A stretch of DNA of 64,000 nt. Origin: an uncultured bacterium. GTDB lineage: Bacteria; Krumholzibacteriota; Krumholzibacteriia; LZORAL124-64-63. The notes beneath the pieces are model-generated. The model did no database searches. It had not been told where the DNA came from and worked only from the letters and a program-made list of their open reading frames with translations. A program made the translations under genes and the position numbers. The stretch spans positions 320,001-384,000 of the forward strand of contig CAVSZB010000008.1 of assembly GCA_963732385.1 (NCBI GenBank). Direction: 5' to 3'. Each line of letters opens with the position of its first letter. Position 1 is the stretch's first letter. Shown here piece by piece: positions 30,485 through 38,958 of the stretch.

Positions 30485-33172
30485 ATGCCCGTGGAAGCCA
30501 AGCGGATCCGCGCCCGGTTCCTGGAGTACTTCGCCGCGCGGGGGCACACGGTCGTGTCCTCGTCGTCGCTCGTGCCGCAGAACGACCCCACGCTGCTGTT
30601 CACCAACGCCGGCATGAACCAGTTCAAGGCGGTCTTTCTCGGCCTCGAAAAGCGCGGTTACGTGCGCGCGGCCTCCGTGCAGAAATGCATGCGCGTCAGC
30701 GGCAAGCACAACGACCTCGAGGAGGTCGGCCGCGACGGTCGGCACCACACCTTCTTCGAGATGCTCGGCAACTGGTCGTTCGGCGACTACTACAAGCGCG
30801 ACGCGATCCTCTGGGGCTGGGAATTCCTGACCCGGGAGATGGGGCTGACGGCCGACCGCCTCTGGGTCACCGTCTACAAGGACGACGACGACTCGCACGG
30901 CGTCTGGACGCGCGAAGTGGGGGTGCCGGCCGCCCGCGTGGTGCGGCTCGGCGATCTCGCCAACGGAGACGAGGAGAACTTCTGGGCCATGGGCGACACC
31001 GGCCCCTGCGGGCCGTGCACGGAGATCCACTACGACCAGGGCGAGGCGATGGCCTGCAAACACCCGCGGGGCTGCAAGCTCGGCGTTTGCAACTGCGACC
31101 GCTGGCTCGAGCTCTGGAACCTGGTCTTCATCCAGTTCGATCGCGCTCCCGACGGCACGCTCGCGCCGCTGCCGATGCAGAGCGTGGACACCGGCATGGG
31201 TTTCGAGCGTCTCGTGGCGGTGCTGCAGAAGAAGGAAGGCAACTACGAGTCCGATCTCTTCATGCCGCTCATCCGGCGGACGCAGGAGCTGTGCGGCAAA
31301 CCGTTCACGGGGGAGGCGCGCGTTTCGCTGCAGGTGATCGCCGACCACGCGCGGGCCGTCACGTTCACCATCGCCGACGGCGCGCTGCCGTCGAACGAGG
31401 GACGCGGCTACGTCGTGCGTCGCATCCTGCGCCGCGCGGCGCGGCACGGCCGCCGGCTCGAGCTGCGTGAACCGTTCCTCTGGCAGGTGGCCGAGGTCGT
31501 CATCGAGACGATGGGCGACGCCTACCCGGAGCTGCGCGAGCGCCGCGAATTCATCCTCAAGACGATCCGCCGCGAAGAGGAGCGCTTCAATCTCACCCTC
31601 GACCGCGGCCTGCAGGTCTACGCGGAGATCCGCGACCGCGCCCGCGTCGAGGGGCGCGCCGCGCTCTCGGGCGAGGAGGCGTTCCTGCTGCACGACACCT
31701 ACGGCTTCCCCGTCGACCTGACCGCGGTCGTGGCGGGGGAGGATGGCCTCGCGGTCGACCACGCCGCCTTCCGCGCCCGCATGGACCAGCAGCGCGAGGC
31801 GAGCGGGCGCGAACGGGTGTACGCCGAGGGGCTCGGGGCCTGGCAGCCGGTGCAGTCCGGCGGCGGCGCGCCGCTTTGTTCGCGTTTCGTCGGCAACGAG
31901 GCGCTCACGGTCGAAACCGGCGTGCTGGCCGTGCGCGAGGGGGGCCGCACGCCCGACGGCGAGCCGGCCACGCATCTGCTCTGCGCGCAGACCCCGTTCT
32001 ACGCGCAGTCCGGGGGGCAGGTCGGCGACGTTGGCGCGGTGAAGCTGCTGCCGTCCGGACCGGAGCTCGAGGTGCTCACGACGATTGGCGGCGAGGAGGG
32101 CCCGGCCATGGTGGTGGCGGGGCCGGCGGCCGGAATCCTGGCCGCGTTGCGCGCCGCGGTCGGCGTGCGGCTCACGGTCGACGGCGCCTCGCGCGGCCCG
32201 ACGATGCGGCACCACACCGCGACCCACCTGCTGCACGCCGCGCTGCGGCAGGTGCTGGGCGACCACGTCGAGCAGGCCGGCAGCGAGGTCGCGCCGGACA
32301 AGCTGCGCTTCGACTATCGGCACGACGCCGCGCTGTCGCGCGAGGAGATCGCGTGCGTGGAGGCGATCGTCAATGCCCAGGTGCTCGCCAACGCGCCCGT
32401 CGTGGCTCACGCCGGCGTGCCGCTCGCCCAGGCCAGGGCGCGCGGCGCGATGGCGTTGTTCGGCGAGAAGTACGGCGAGACGGTGCGCATGGTCGAGGTG
32501 CCCGGCTTCTCGCTCGAGCTGTGCGGCGGCACACACGTGTCGCGCACCGGCGACATCGGGCCGTTCCGGATCGTGGCCGAGACCAGCAGCGCCGCCGGCG
32601 TCCGCCGCATCGAGGCGGTTGCCGGCGATCGCGCGCTCGCTTTGGCGCGGCAGGAGCGGGAGCAGCTCGCCGCCGTGGCCGGCCTGCTCCGCCGCGACGG
32701 CGGCGCCGCGGCCGACCAGGTGCGCGCCCTCATCGCAGAGCGCGACGCCCTGCGCCGCGAGCTGCAGGACCTGCAGCGGCAGTCGGCCCGCGACGGCCTC
32801 GGCGACGCGCTCGCCGCTCCCACCGACGTGAACGGCCTGCGCGTGGTCGCCGCGCGCGTCGATGCCGACGGCCGCGACGCCCTGCTCGCCCTCGGCGACC
32901 ATGTCCGCGACAGGCTCGGCACGCTGGGCGTCGTCGTGCTCGGCGCGGAGTGGGAGGGCAAGGCGACCCTGCTCGTCTCGCTCACCCCCGACCTCGTCGC
33001 CGCCAAGCGTCTGCACGCCGGCGACATCGTCAAGGCGATCGCCGCCCAGGTCGGCGGCCGCGGCGGCGGCAAACCGAACACGGCGCAGGCCGGGCTGCCC
33101 GACGCGGCGAGCGTCGAGCCGGCGCTGGCGACAGCCGTGGAGGTAGTGCGGGGAAGCGACTCGGGAGCCTGA
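30485..33172 (+). CDS. alaS: Alanine--tRNA ligase
   Basis: DPTLLFTNAGMNQFK, HHTFFEMLGNWSFGDY, GPCGPC, DTGMG, HTATHLLH and ELCGGTH editing motifs, GGRGGG. Confidence 0.98.
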   Translation: MPVEAKRIRARFLEYFAARGHTVVSSSSLVPQNDPTLLFTNAGMNQFKAVFLGLEKRGYVRAASVQKCMRVSGKHNDLEEVGRDGRHHTFFEMLGNWSFGDYYKRDAILWGWEFLTREMGLTADRLWVTVYKDDDDSHGVWTREVGVPAARVVRLGDLANGDEENFWAMGDTGPCGPCTEIHYDQGEAMACKHPRGCKLGVCNCDRWLELWNLVFIQFDRAPDGTLAPLPMQSVDTGMGFERLVAVLQKKEGNYESDLFMPLIRRTQELCGKPFTGEARVSLQVIADHARAVTFTIADGALPSNEGRGYVVRRILRRAARHGRRLELREPFLWQVAEVVIETMGDAYPELRERREFILKTIRREEERFNLTLDRGLQVYAEIRDRARVEGRAALSGEEAFLLHDTYGFPVDLTAVVAGEDGLAVDHAAFRARMDQQREASGRERVYAEGLGAWQPVQSGGGAPLCSRFVGNEALTVETGVLAVREGGRTPDGEPATHLLCAQTPFYAQSGGQVGDVGAVKLLPSGPELEVLTTIGGEEGPAMVVAGPAAGILAALRAAVGVRLTVDGASRGPTMRHHTATHLLHAALRQVLGDHVEQAGSEVAPDKLRFDYRHDAALSREEIACVEAIVNAQVLANAPVVAHAGVPLAQARARGAMALFGEKYGETVRMVEVPGFSLELCGGTHVSRTGDIGPFRIVAETSSAAGVRRIEAVAGDRALALARQEREQLAAVAGLLRRDGGAAADQVRALIAERDALRRELQDLQRQSARDGLGDALAAPTDVNGLRVVAARVDADGRDALLALGDHVRDRLGTLGVVVLGAEWEGKATLLVSLTPDLVAAKRLHAGDIVKAIAAQVGGRGGGKPNTAQAGLPDAASVEPALATAVEVVRGSDSGA

Positions 33173-33191
33173 TCGTCCGTCGCGTCCCGGC

Positions 33192-34547
33192 TCAGGCCGC
33201 CGGAACCGGCGCGGCGGCCGCGCACGGCAGCCACAGCGTGCAGACGGTGCCGCGGCCCGGCAGGTCGCGCAGTTCGAGTTCGCCGCCGAGATTGCGCGCG
33301 AGATCGCGCGCCAGCGGCAATCCGAGGCCGATCCCCCCGGTGGCGCGCGTGAATGAGCCGTCGAGCTGTTGGAACGGCTCGAAGGCCTGTGCCAGGCGCT
33401 CGGGGGCGATGCCGGGGCCGTTGTCTTCGACTTCCAGGCGCACGACGGTGGCGCCGTCGCGCCGGTCGCGCAGCGCCCGCAGCGTGATGCGGCTGCCCTC
33501 CGGACTGAACTTCGCGGCGTTGCCCACCAGCTCGTCGAGGATGCGGCGCAGGTGGCCGGGATCGCACAGCGCCGGGGGCAGGGTCGGATCGAGTCGCAGG
33601 ACGAACTCGAGCAGGTCTCGCGCCAGCCCGGGACGGCGCTCCTCGTGGTAGTCGCCGAGCAGGGGAGCCAGGTCCGTAGGCGTCGTCGTGACGGAGACCA
33701 GGTCGTCGCGCAGCTCGCGGAAGGTGAGCAGGTTCTCGATCATGCTGCGCAGCCGTCCCGCCTGCGCGATCAGTTCGGCCAGGAACTCCTGCGACTGTGC
33801 GGGCCCCAGCGTGCCGGACCGCAGCAGGTCGGCGTACGACAGGATGACGGTCAGCGGCGTCTTCAGCTCGTGGTGCAGGTTGTCGAGGAACTGCTGCTTG
33901 AGCTCGTCGAGTTCCTGCAGCCGGGCCCGCGCCTGGCGCAGCTCGCGGTTCTGCTCCAGGGTGCTGGCGTGCAGCTGCGTGTTGTCGAGCGCGACCCCGA
34001 GGTGGTGCAACGACGCCTGCAGGATGCGCAACTGGCCCGGCGAATACGGTCCGCCGGCCACGTGGCGGCCGAGCGCGAGGGCGCCGATCGGCCGGCCGCT
34101 CGAGAAGAGCAGGCCGAACAGCCCCAGCCTGGCCCCCTCGGCCAGGGCGTGGGCCGCCGGATCGAGCAGCGCTCCCAGCTCCTCGACGAAGAACGGCTCC
34201 GGGTGATCGTCGCCCGCGGCCACGATCCGCCCGACGCACAGCTCGCCCAGCGCCTCCGCCACCCGCGTGGGGATGCCGAGGCTGCGCAACAGCACCGGGC
34301 GCCCGCTCTTGCGCGAGACCACCCAGAGCGCCGCCGAGGCGGTGCCGAGGTTGCCCATGAACTTGAGCAGACCCAGTTCGGCCACGCGGTAGAGGTCGCC
34401 GGTGGCGTGGATCTCCTGGCTGAGCTCCAGCAGGGCCTGCAGGCTCAGCTCCTCGAGCGTACGCGGAGCCTTCCGGTCGCCGGCGGGGACGTCGACGCGC
34501 GGCGGCGACGCTGCCGGGTCGTGGAGCGAGGGCGATAGCGTGTTCAT
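33192..34547 (-). CDS. Cytoplasmic sensor histidine kinase with N-terminal GAF-like domain
   Basis: H-box HHELKTPL, N-box LVGNAAKFS, DNGPGI, FEPFQQ, GIGLGL; no TM segment seen. Confidence 0.92.
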   Translation of the reverse strand: MNTLSPSLHDPAASPPRVDVPAGDRKAPRTLEELSLQALLELSQEIHATGDLYRVAELGLLKFMGNLGTASAALWVVSRKSGRPVLLRSLGIPTRVAEALGELCVGRIVAAGDDHPEPFFVEELGALLDPAAHALAEGARLGLFGLLFSSGRPIGALALGRHVAGGPYSPGQLRILQASLHHLGVALDNTQLHASTLEQNRELRQARARLQELDELKQQFLDNLHHELKTPLTVILSYADLLRSGTLGPAQSQEFLAELIAQAGRLRSMIENLLTFRELRDDLVSVTTTPTDLAPLLGDYHEERRPGLARDLLEFVLRLDPTLPPALCDPGHLRRILDELVGNAAKFSPEGSRITLRALRDRRDGATVVRLEVEDNGPGIAPERLAQAFEPFQQLDGSFTRATGGIGLGLPLARDLARNLGGELELRDLPGRGTVCTLWLPCAAAAPVPAA

Positions 34548-34548
34548 G

Positions 34549-34902
34549 TCACCGTTCCGTTCCGGCCAGGGCCCCCTCGAGCGACGGCGAAATCTCCAGG
34601 AACTGGTCCAGGTTGAGCAGCTCGAGCACCTGCGTCACCCCGCTGCGGGGCGCCGCCAGGACCAGCTTGCCGCCCGCCGAGCGGAACTCCTCCGTCAGGA
34701 GGAGAAACGTGCCGAGGCCGCTCGAGGCGACGAACGTGACGCCGTCGAGATCGATCACCAGGCGCGAGCAGCCGCCCTCGATCAGCTCGGCGCAGCGCTC
34801 CCGCAACTGCTGGGCGCCAGGGGCTTCGATGCGGCCGCGCAGCCGCAGCACCGGCAGGTCGTCCCGGCCGTTGCCGAGCGTGATCTCCAACTGGTCAGAC
34901 AT
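34549..34902 (-). CDS. STAS-domain anti-sigma-factor antagonist (RsbV/SpoIIAA-like)
   Basis: LRLRGRIE, LVIDLDGVTFVASSGLG (phosphoacceptor Ser), VLELLNLDQFL. Confidence 0.92.
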   Translation of the reverse strand: MSDQLEITLGNGRDDLPVLRLRGRIEAPGAQQLRERCAELIEGGCSRLVIDLDGVTFVASSGLGTFLLLTEEFRSAGGKLVLAAPRSGVTQVLELLNLDQFLEISPSLEGALAGTER

Positions 34903-36973
34903 GAGGTGTCTCCTCCTCCGCCGGTACGGTGTCCGGCTCGAATCGCAGCAGCGTCAGGTTGCCCGACGGAGTGCCGGGCAGGTAGCTGACCTTCCGCATG
35001 GCCGCGTGGACGATGCGCAGCCCCAGACCCCGGCCCTGCAGGCGCACCCGCGGGTCGTTCAGGTCGGGGAAGCGCCAGTCGGCCGGGTCGTAGGCGCGAC
35101 CCCGGTCGGTGAGCAGGAACCAGCCGCCGGAGCGGTCCGGCGCCGGGCGCCAGGCGATCGTGATCTCGCCCTCCGCGTCGCCGCCGTGGCCGTGCTCGAC
35201 GATGTTGGCCGCGAGCTCGTACAGGCACAGTTCGGCGATCTCGCGCGGGGCCGATCCCAGTGCGCGCAGGCAGGGGCAGGCGTCGAGCCAGCCGCGGATC
35301 GCCGGCAGCGCGCCGCGTCTGACCGGCAGTCGGAGGCGATGGGCGTCGCGGAAGTCCGCCGCGATCTGCTGCCAGGCGGGATCCGCCGCGGCGGCCGGTC
35401 CGTCGCGTCGCGTGGTCGCCGGTCCGGCCGCGACCGTGGCCGGCGCGCGCCCCACGACCACCAGCGTCAGGTCGTCGCCCAGCGGCGCGCCGCCGGTCCA
35501 GGCGGCGTGGGCCCGCTGCAGCGCCGCCAGGAGCCGCTCCGGGCCGCCCGGTCCGGCCTGCGCGGCGATCGTGCCGAGCCGCGGCAGGCCGAATTCCTCG
35601 CCGCTGGCGTTATTCGCCTCGGTCAGGCCGTCGGTGTACTGCAGGAGCAGGTCGCCCGGCCCGAGCACGGTGTCGTCATCGCAAACGGTGCGCGCCAACG
35701 CGCCGTCGCGCCGCACCGCGCCGATCGGGATGCCCTTCGTGCGGAACCACTCGAGGCCGCCGTCGCGCGCCCGCCAGACCAGCAGGGGGTTGTGCCCGGC
35801 CGAGGCGAAGCGGAGAGCGCCGCTTGCCGGGTCGAGCAGGCCATAGAACAGCGTGACGAAGACACCGGGGCGCAGCGAGTCGACCAGGCGCTCCTCGAGC
35901 GCGACGATGGCCGCGGCGGGGGAGTCGGTCTCCTCGCGCAGCGAGCGCAGCAGGACCGCCAGCATGGAGGTCACGAGGCAGCCGCCCAGCCCCTTGCCGG
36001 CGACGTCGGCGATGACGATGCCGACCTGTCCGTCGGCGCGCCGGAACACGTCCCAGTAGTCGCCCCCCACCTCCGAGGCGGCGCGGTAGGCGCCGTGCAC
36101 GGCGAAGGGGGGCGCCGCGAGCGGCGCGCGGGGCATCAGCGACTCCTGGATGCTGCGCGCGAGGTCCATCTCGTGCGACAGCCGCTCCTTCTCGATCAAC
36201 TGCTCCTGCGAGGCCTTCAACTGCGTCGCCATGCCGTTGACCGCCTCGGCGAGGCGGCCGATCTCGGTGCGGTCGCGCAGGCGCAGCGGCGTGTCGAGGT
36301 CGCCCCGTCCGATGCGGGCCAGCCCCTCGCGCAGCAGCCCGAGCGGGCGCAGCAGCAGCGACATCAGGCCGAAGGCCGCCGCGCTGCCGGCGACCAGCAG
36401 CCCGGCGGCCAGCGAGACCAGGGTGCGCCGCGAGCGGGTGACCTGCCGGTCGAGGTACGCGCGCTTCAGCGCCACGACCGCGGTTCCGAGCGGCTGCCCG
36501 TCCCGCAGGGTGACCGGCACGGCCGCGATGATGCGGTGCGCGTCGCCGAGCAGGCGCTCGCCGTCGCGCAACGGCTGTCGCGACGCCACCGGCCGGAGGC
36601 CGGCGAGGCCGGTGTAGGCTTCGCCGAGCCGTCGCGCATCGACATCCGCCTGGATGCGGCCGTTGCGGTCGAGCACGACCACCGATTCGAGGTCGTCGCG
36701 GCGGGCGGTCATTTCGGTGACGAGCGGGCAGAGCGTCAGCTCCGGGAACTCCGCGAGCAGAGCGTCGGTGCCGGCCAGCGCGAGGTTGCGCGCCTCGAGC
36801 AGCAGCCGCGCCTCCACCTCGGCGGTCAGGCTCTCCCGGGCGTTGTGCTCGGCAACCCCGCCGACGGTCAGGATCGTGACCACGACCAGGCCGACGGCGG
36901 CCAGGCCGATCACCAGGCGCATGCTCACCGCGCGCGCCGCCCGGTCCCCGCCCCGTCCGTTGCCACTGTTCAT
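34895..36973 (-). CDS. Membrane sensor: 2 TM + HAMP + SpoIIE/PP2C phosphatase + RsbW-like HATPase
   Basis: HAMP (LRPL...EIGRLAEAVNGM), PP2C motifs EVGGDYWD, IADVAGKG, YTDGLTEA, DDLTL; kinase motifs ELAANIVEHG, DRGRAYDP, GRGLGL. Alternative start 36991. Confidence 0.92.
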   Translation of the reverse strand: MNSGNGRGGDRAARAVSMRLVIGLAAVGLVVVTILTVGGVAEHNARESLTAEVEARLLLEARNLALAGTDALLAEFPELTLCPLVTEMTARRDDLESVVVLDRNGRIQADVDARRLGEAYTGLAGLRPVASRQPLRDGERLLGDAHRIIAAVPVTLRDGQPLGTAVVALKRAYLDRQVTRSRRTLVSLAAGLLVAGSAAAFGLMSLLLRPLGLLREGLARIGRGDLDTPLRLRDRTEIGRLAEAVNGMATQLKASQEQLIEKERLSHEMDLARSIQESLMPRAPLAAPPFAVHGAYRAASEVGGDYWDVFRRADGQVGIVIADVAGKGLGGCLVTSMLAVLLRSLREETDSPAAAIVALEERLVDSLRPGVFVTLFYGLLDPASGALRFASAGHNPLLVWRARDGGLEWFRTKGIPIGAVRRDGALARTVCDDDTVLGPGDLLLQYTDGLTEANNASGEEFGLPRLGTIAAQAGPGGPERLLAALQRAHAAWTGGAPLGDDLTLVVVGRAPATVAAGPATTRRDGPAAAADPAWQQIAADFRDAHRLRLPVRRGALPAIRGWLDACPCLRALGSAPREIAELCLYELAANIVEHGHGGDAEGEITIAWRPAPDRSGGWFLLTDRGRAYDPADWRFPDLNDPRVRLQGRGLGLRIVHAAMRKVSYLPGTPSGNLTLLRFEPDTVPAEEETPHV

Positions 36974-37008
36974 GTTCCGGTCCCTACGCATGCGCCCGCC
37001 CGTTTCCA

Positions 37009-38958
37009 CTAGGAGCCGCCGAGGACCCGGCGAATCCCGGCCTGTTGTTCGTGTGCCCGTTCCAGGTAGCCCTTCGCGCGGCGGTCGTCCGGATCGATGT
37101 GCAGTACCCGCTGCCAGTGCGTCGCCGCCTCGTCGAGCCGGCCGGCGGCGAAAGCCTCCATGCCGAGCGTGAGATATTCGCGCTTGAGCGCCTCGGCCGC
37201 GCGCGCGTACGCGGGGTCGGCGCTCCAGACAAGTTCCCAGTAGGCCACGGCCTCGCGGGGTCGCCCGGCGTCGAGCGCCGCCAGGCCGCGCCGGTAGAGG
37301 TCGTCGACTTCGCGGCGGCGCTGCGCGCTGAGCGGGGCCGGCGCCGGGGGCGCTGCCGGCCGGGGCGCCGGGGCGACCGTCGCCGGGGCCGTCCTGTCGG
37401 CCGCCGGTCGCGGCGTCTCGGCGGCGCGCCGCGTTGCGGCGAGCGTCGCGGCGGTGCGGGCGGCGATCGCCGTTTCCGTGCGTCGCAGCATGTCCGTGGC
37501 CTCGCGGTCGTCGGGGGCGGCCGCGACGACCCGCGCGAACCGTTCGCGCGCCGCCAGCAGGCTGTCGGCGGCAAAGGCGTCGAGCGCGCGCGAGAACAGT
37601 CCGCGCAGTTCGAGCGAGCGGGCGGCCAGGCGATCCCCCTCGGCGCGACAGCGGGCCAGCTCGCCGGCCAGCCTGGCGTCGCCGGGGACCAGCTCGGCCG
37701 CGCGGCCAAGCGCCAGGGCGGCGGCGGCGTGGTCGCCCGTCTTCATCAGGCGGTCGGCCTGGGCGCGCAGCGCCGCGACTTCGGTGGAAGCGAGGCGCGG
37801 ATCGTCCGGCTCGAGCACGCGCAGCAGGCCGAGGATCTCCCGCGCCTCGTCGGGACGGCCGGCGGCGAGCGCCCCTTGCGCCCGGGCGGCGAGCGAATCG
37901 GCGCGCGCCCGGCGCCGGGCGTCGAACGCGGCGGCCAGCCGCGCCTGGAGCGCCGCCTCCCGCGCTTCCAGGGTCGCCTCGCGGCTCTCGGCCACGGTCG
38001 GCCCGAACATCAGCGAGATCCCGATCCGGTGGATCGGCTCGAGCGGCGTGTCGGCGAAGACGTAGTCGACGGTCAGGCCGTTCCACCGGACGGCGGCGCC
38101 GGCGGTGAGAGATCCGTGGTCCAGACCGGCCCGCAGGGCCAGCAGGGCGAGAGGCTGCAGTTCGCAGCCGGCCTGCAGGCGCGCGTCCATGTCGCGTGTC
38201 TGTTCGACGTCGGCCGTCAGCACCAGGCGCCCCTCGCTGCCGAGCCTGCGGGCGAGCGCGGCGCCGAGCCGCGCCCCGAACGGGTCGCGCACGGTCTCCT
38301 GGTCGAGGCGGAGCGCCGGCTCGGCGAGGTTGCGCAGCGCCAGGCCGACGGTCAGGTCGGTCGCCGGTCCTACTCCGCGCCAGGCGGGGACCGGGCGGAT
38401 CAGCAGCCCGACATCGAGGCCGATGCCGGCGTCGCTGTAGCCGGCCAGACTCTGCCGGCGCAACTTGACGGCGGCGCCCAAGCCGGTGGCCGCGCCGAGG
38501 CGGCGCCCGTACGCCAGCCCCAGTTCGGTTTCGGAGTCCTCGATCTCGTCGCCGAGCCGCACGTTGCGTTCGTCGCGCGGGTCGATGCCGCCGGCGCCGA
38601 AGCGGCGGAAGGTGACGGCGGCGGCGCCCCAGCGCCAGCTCGGGACCACCAGGCCGGCGAACTGCTCGCCGAAGCCGAGGCCGACCAGGTCGGTGTGCGA
38701 CGCCTGCAGTTCCCTCCGTGCGACCCAGCCGAGGCCGCCGGGGTTCCAGAGCGACCCGCTGGCGTCGTCGGCCAGGGCGGCATAGGCGCTGCCGAGTGCG
38801 AGGGCGCGGTTGCCGGCGCCGGTGGCGAAGAGCGAGCGCCCGCCGGCGTCGTCACCGGCGCGCGCGCTGCCGACCGGAGCGCCGAAGATCGCCGCGGTCA
38901 CGAGCGCGGGCAGCAGGCAGGCCGGCAGCCGCGCCGATGTCGCCCTCCGCCGGCTCAT
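37009..38958 (-). CDS. PorV/PorQ-like outer-membrane beta-barrel fused to a C-terminal TPR region
   Basis: Signal peptide, GAGNRALALGSAYAALADDASGSLWNPGGL family signature, amphipathic beta strands ending HRIGISLMFG, then TPR-like helices. ATGA overlap with the upstream gene. Confidence 0.82.
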   Translation of the reverse strand: MSRRRATSARLPACLLPALVTAAIFGAPVGSARAGDDAGGRSLFATGAGNRALALGSAYAALADDASGSLWNPGGLGWVARRELQASHTDLVGLGFGEQFAGLVVPSWRWGAAAVTFRRFGAGGIDPRDERNVRLGDEIEDSETELGLAYGRRLGAATGLGAAVKLRRQSLAGYSDAGIGLDVGLLIRPVPAWRGVGPATDLTVGLALRNLAEPALRLDQETVRDPFGARLGAALARRLGSEGRLVLTADVEQTRDMDARLQAGCELQPLALLALRAGLDHGSLTAGAAVRWNGLTVDYVFADTPLEPIHRIGISLMFGPTVAESREATLEAREAALQARLAAAFDARRRARADSLAARAQGALAAGRPDEAREILGLLRVLEPDDPRLASTEVAALRAQADRLMKTGDHAAAALALGRAAELVPGDARLAGELARCRAEGDRLAARSLELRGLFSRALDAFAADSLLAARERFARVVAAAPDDREATDMLRRTETAIAARTAATLAATRRAAETPRPAADRTAPATVAPAPRPAAPPAPAPLSAQRRREVDDLYRRGLAALDAGRPREAVAYWELVWSADPAYARAAEALKREYLTLGMEAFAAGRLDEAATHWQRVLHIDPDDRRAKGYLERAHEQQAGIRRVLGGS

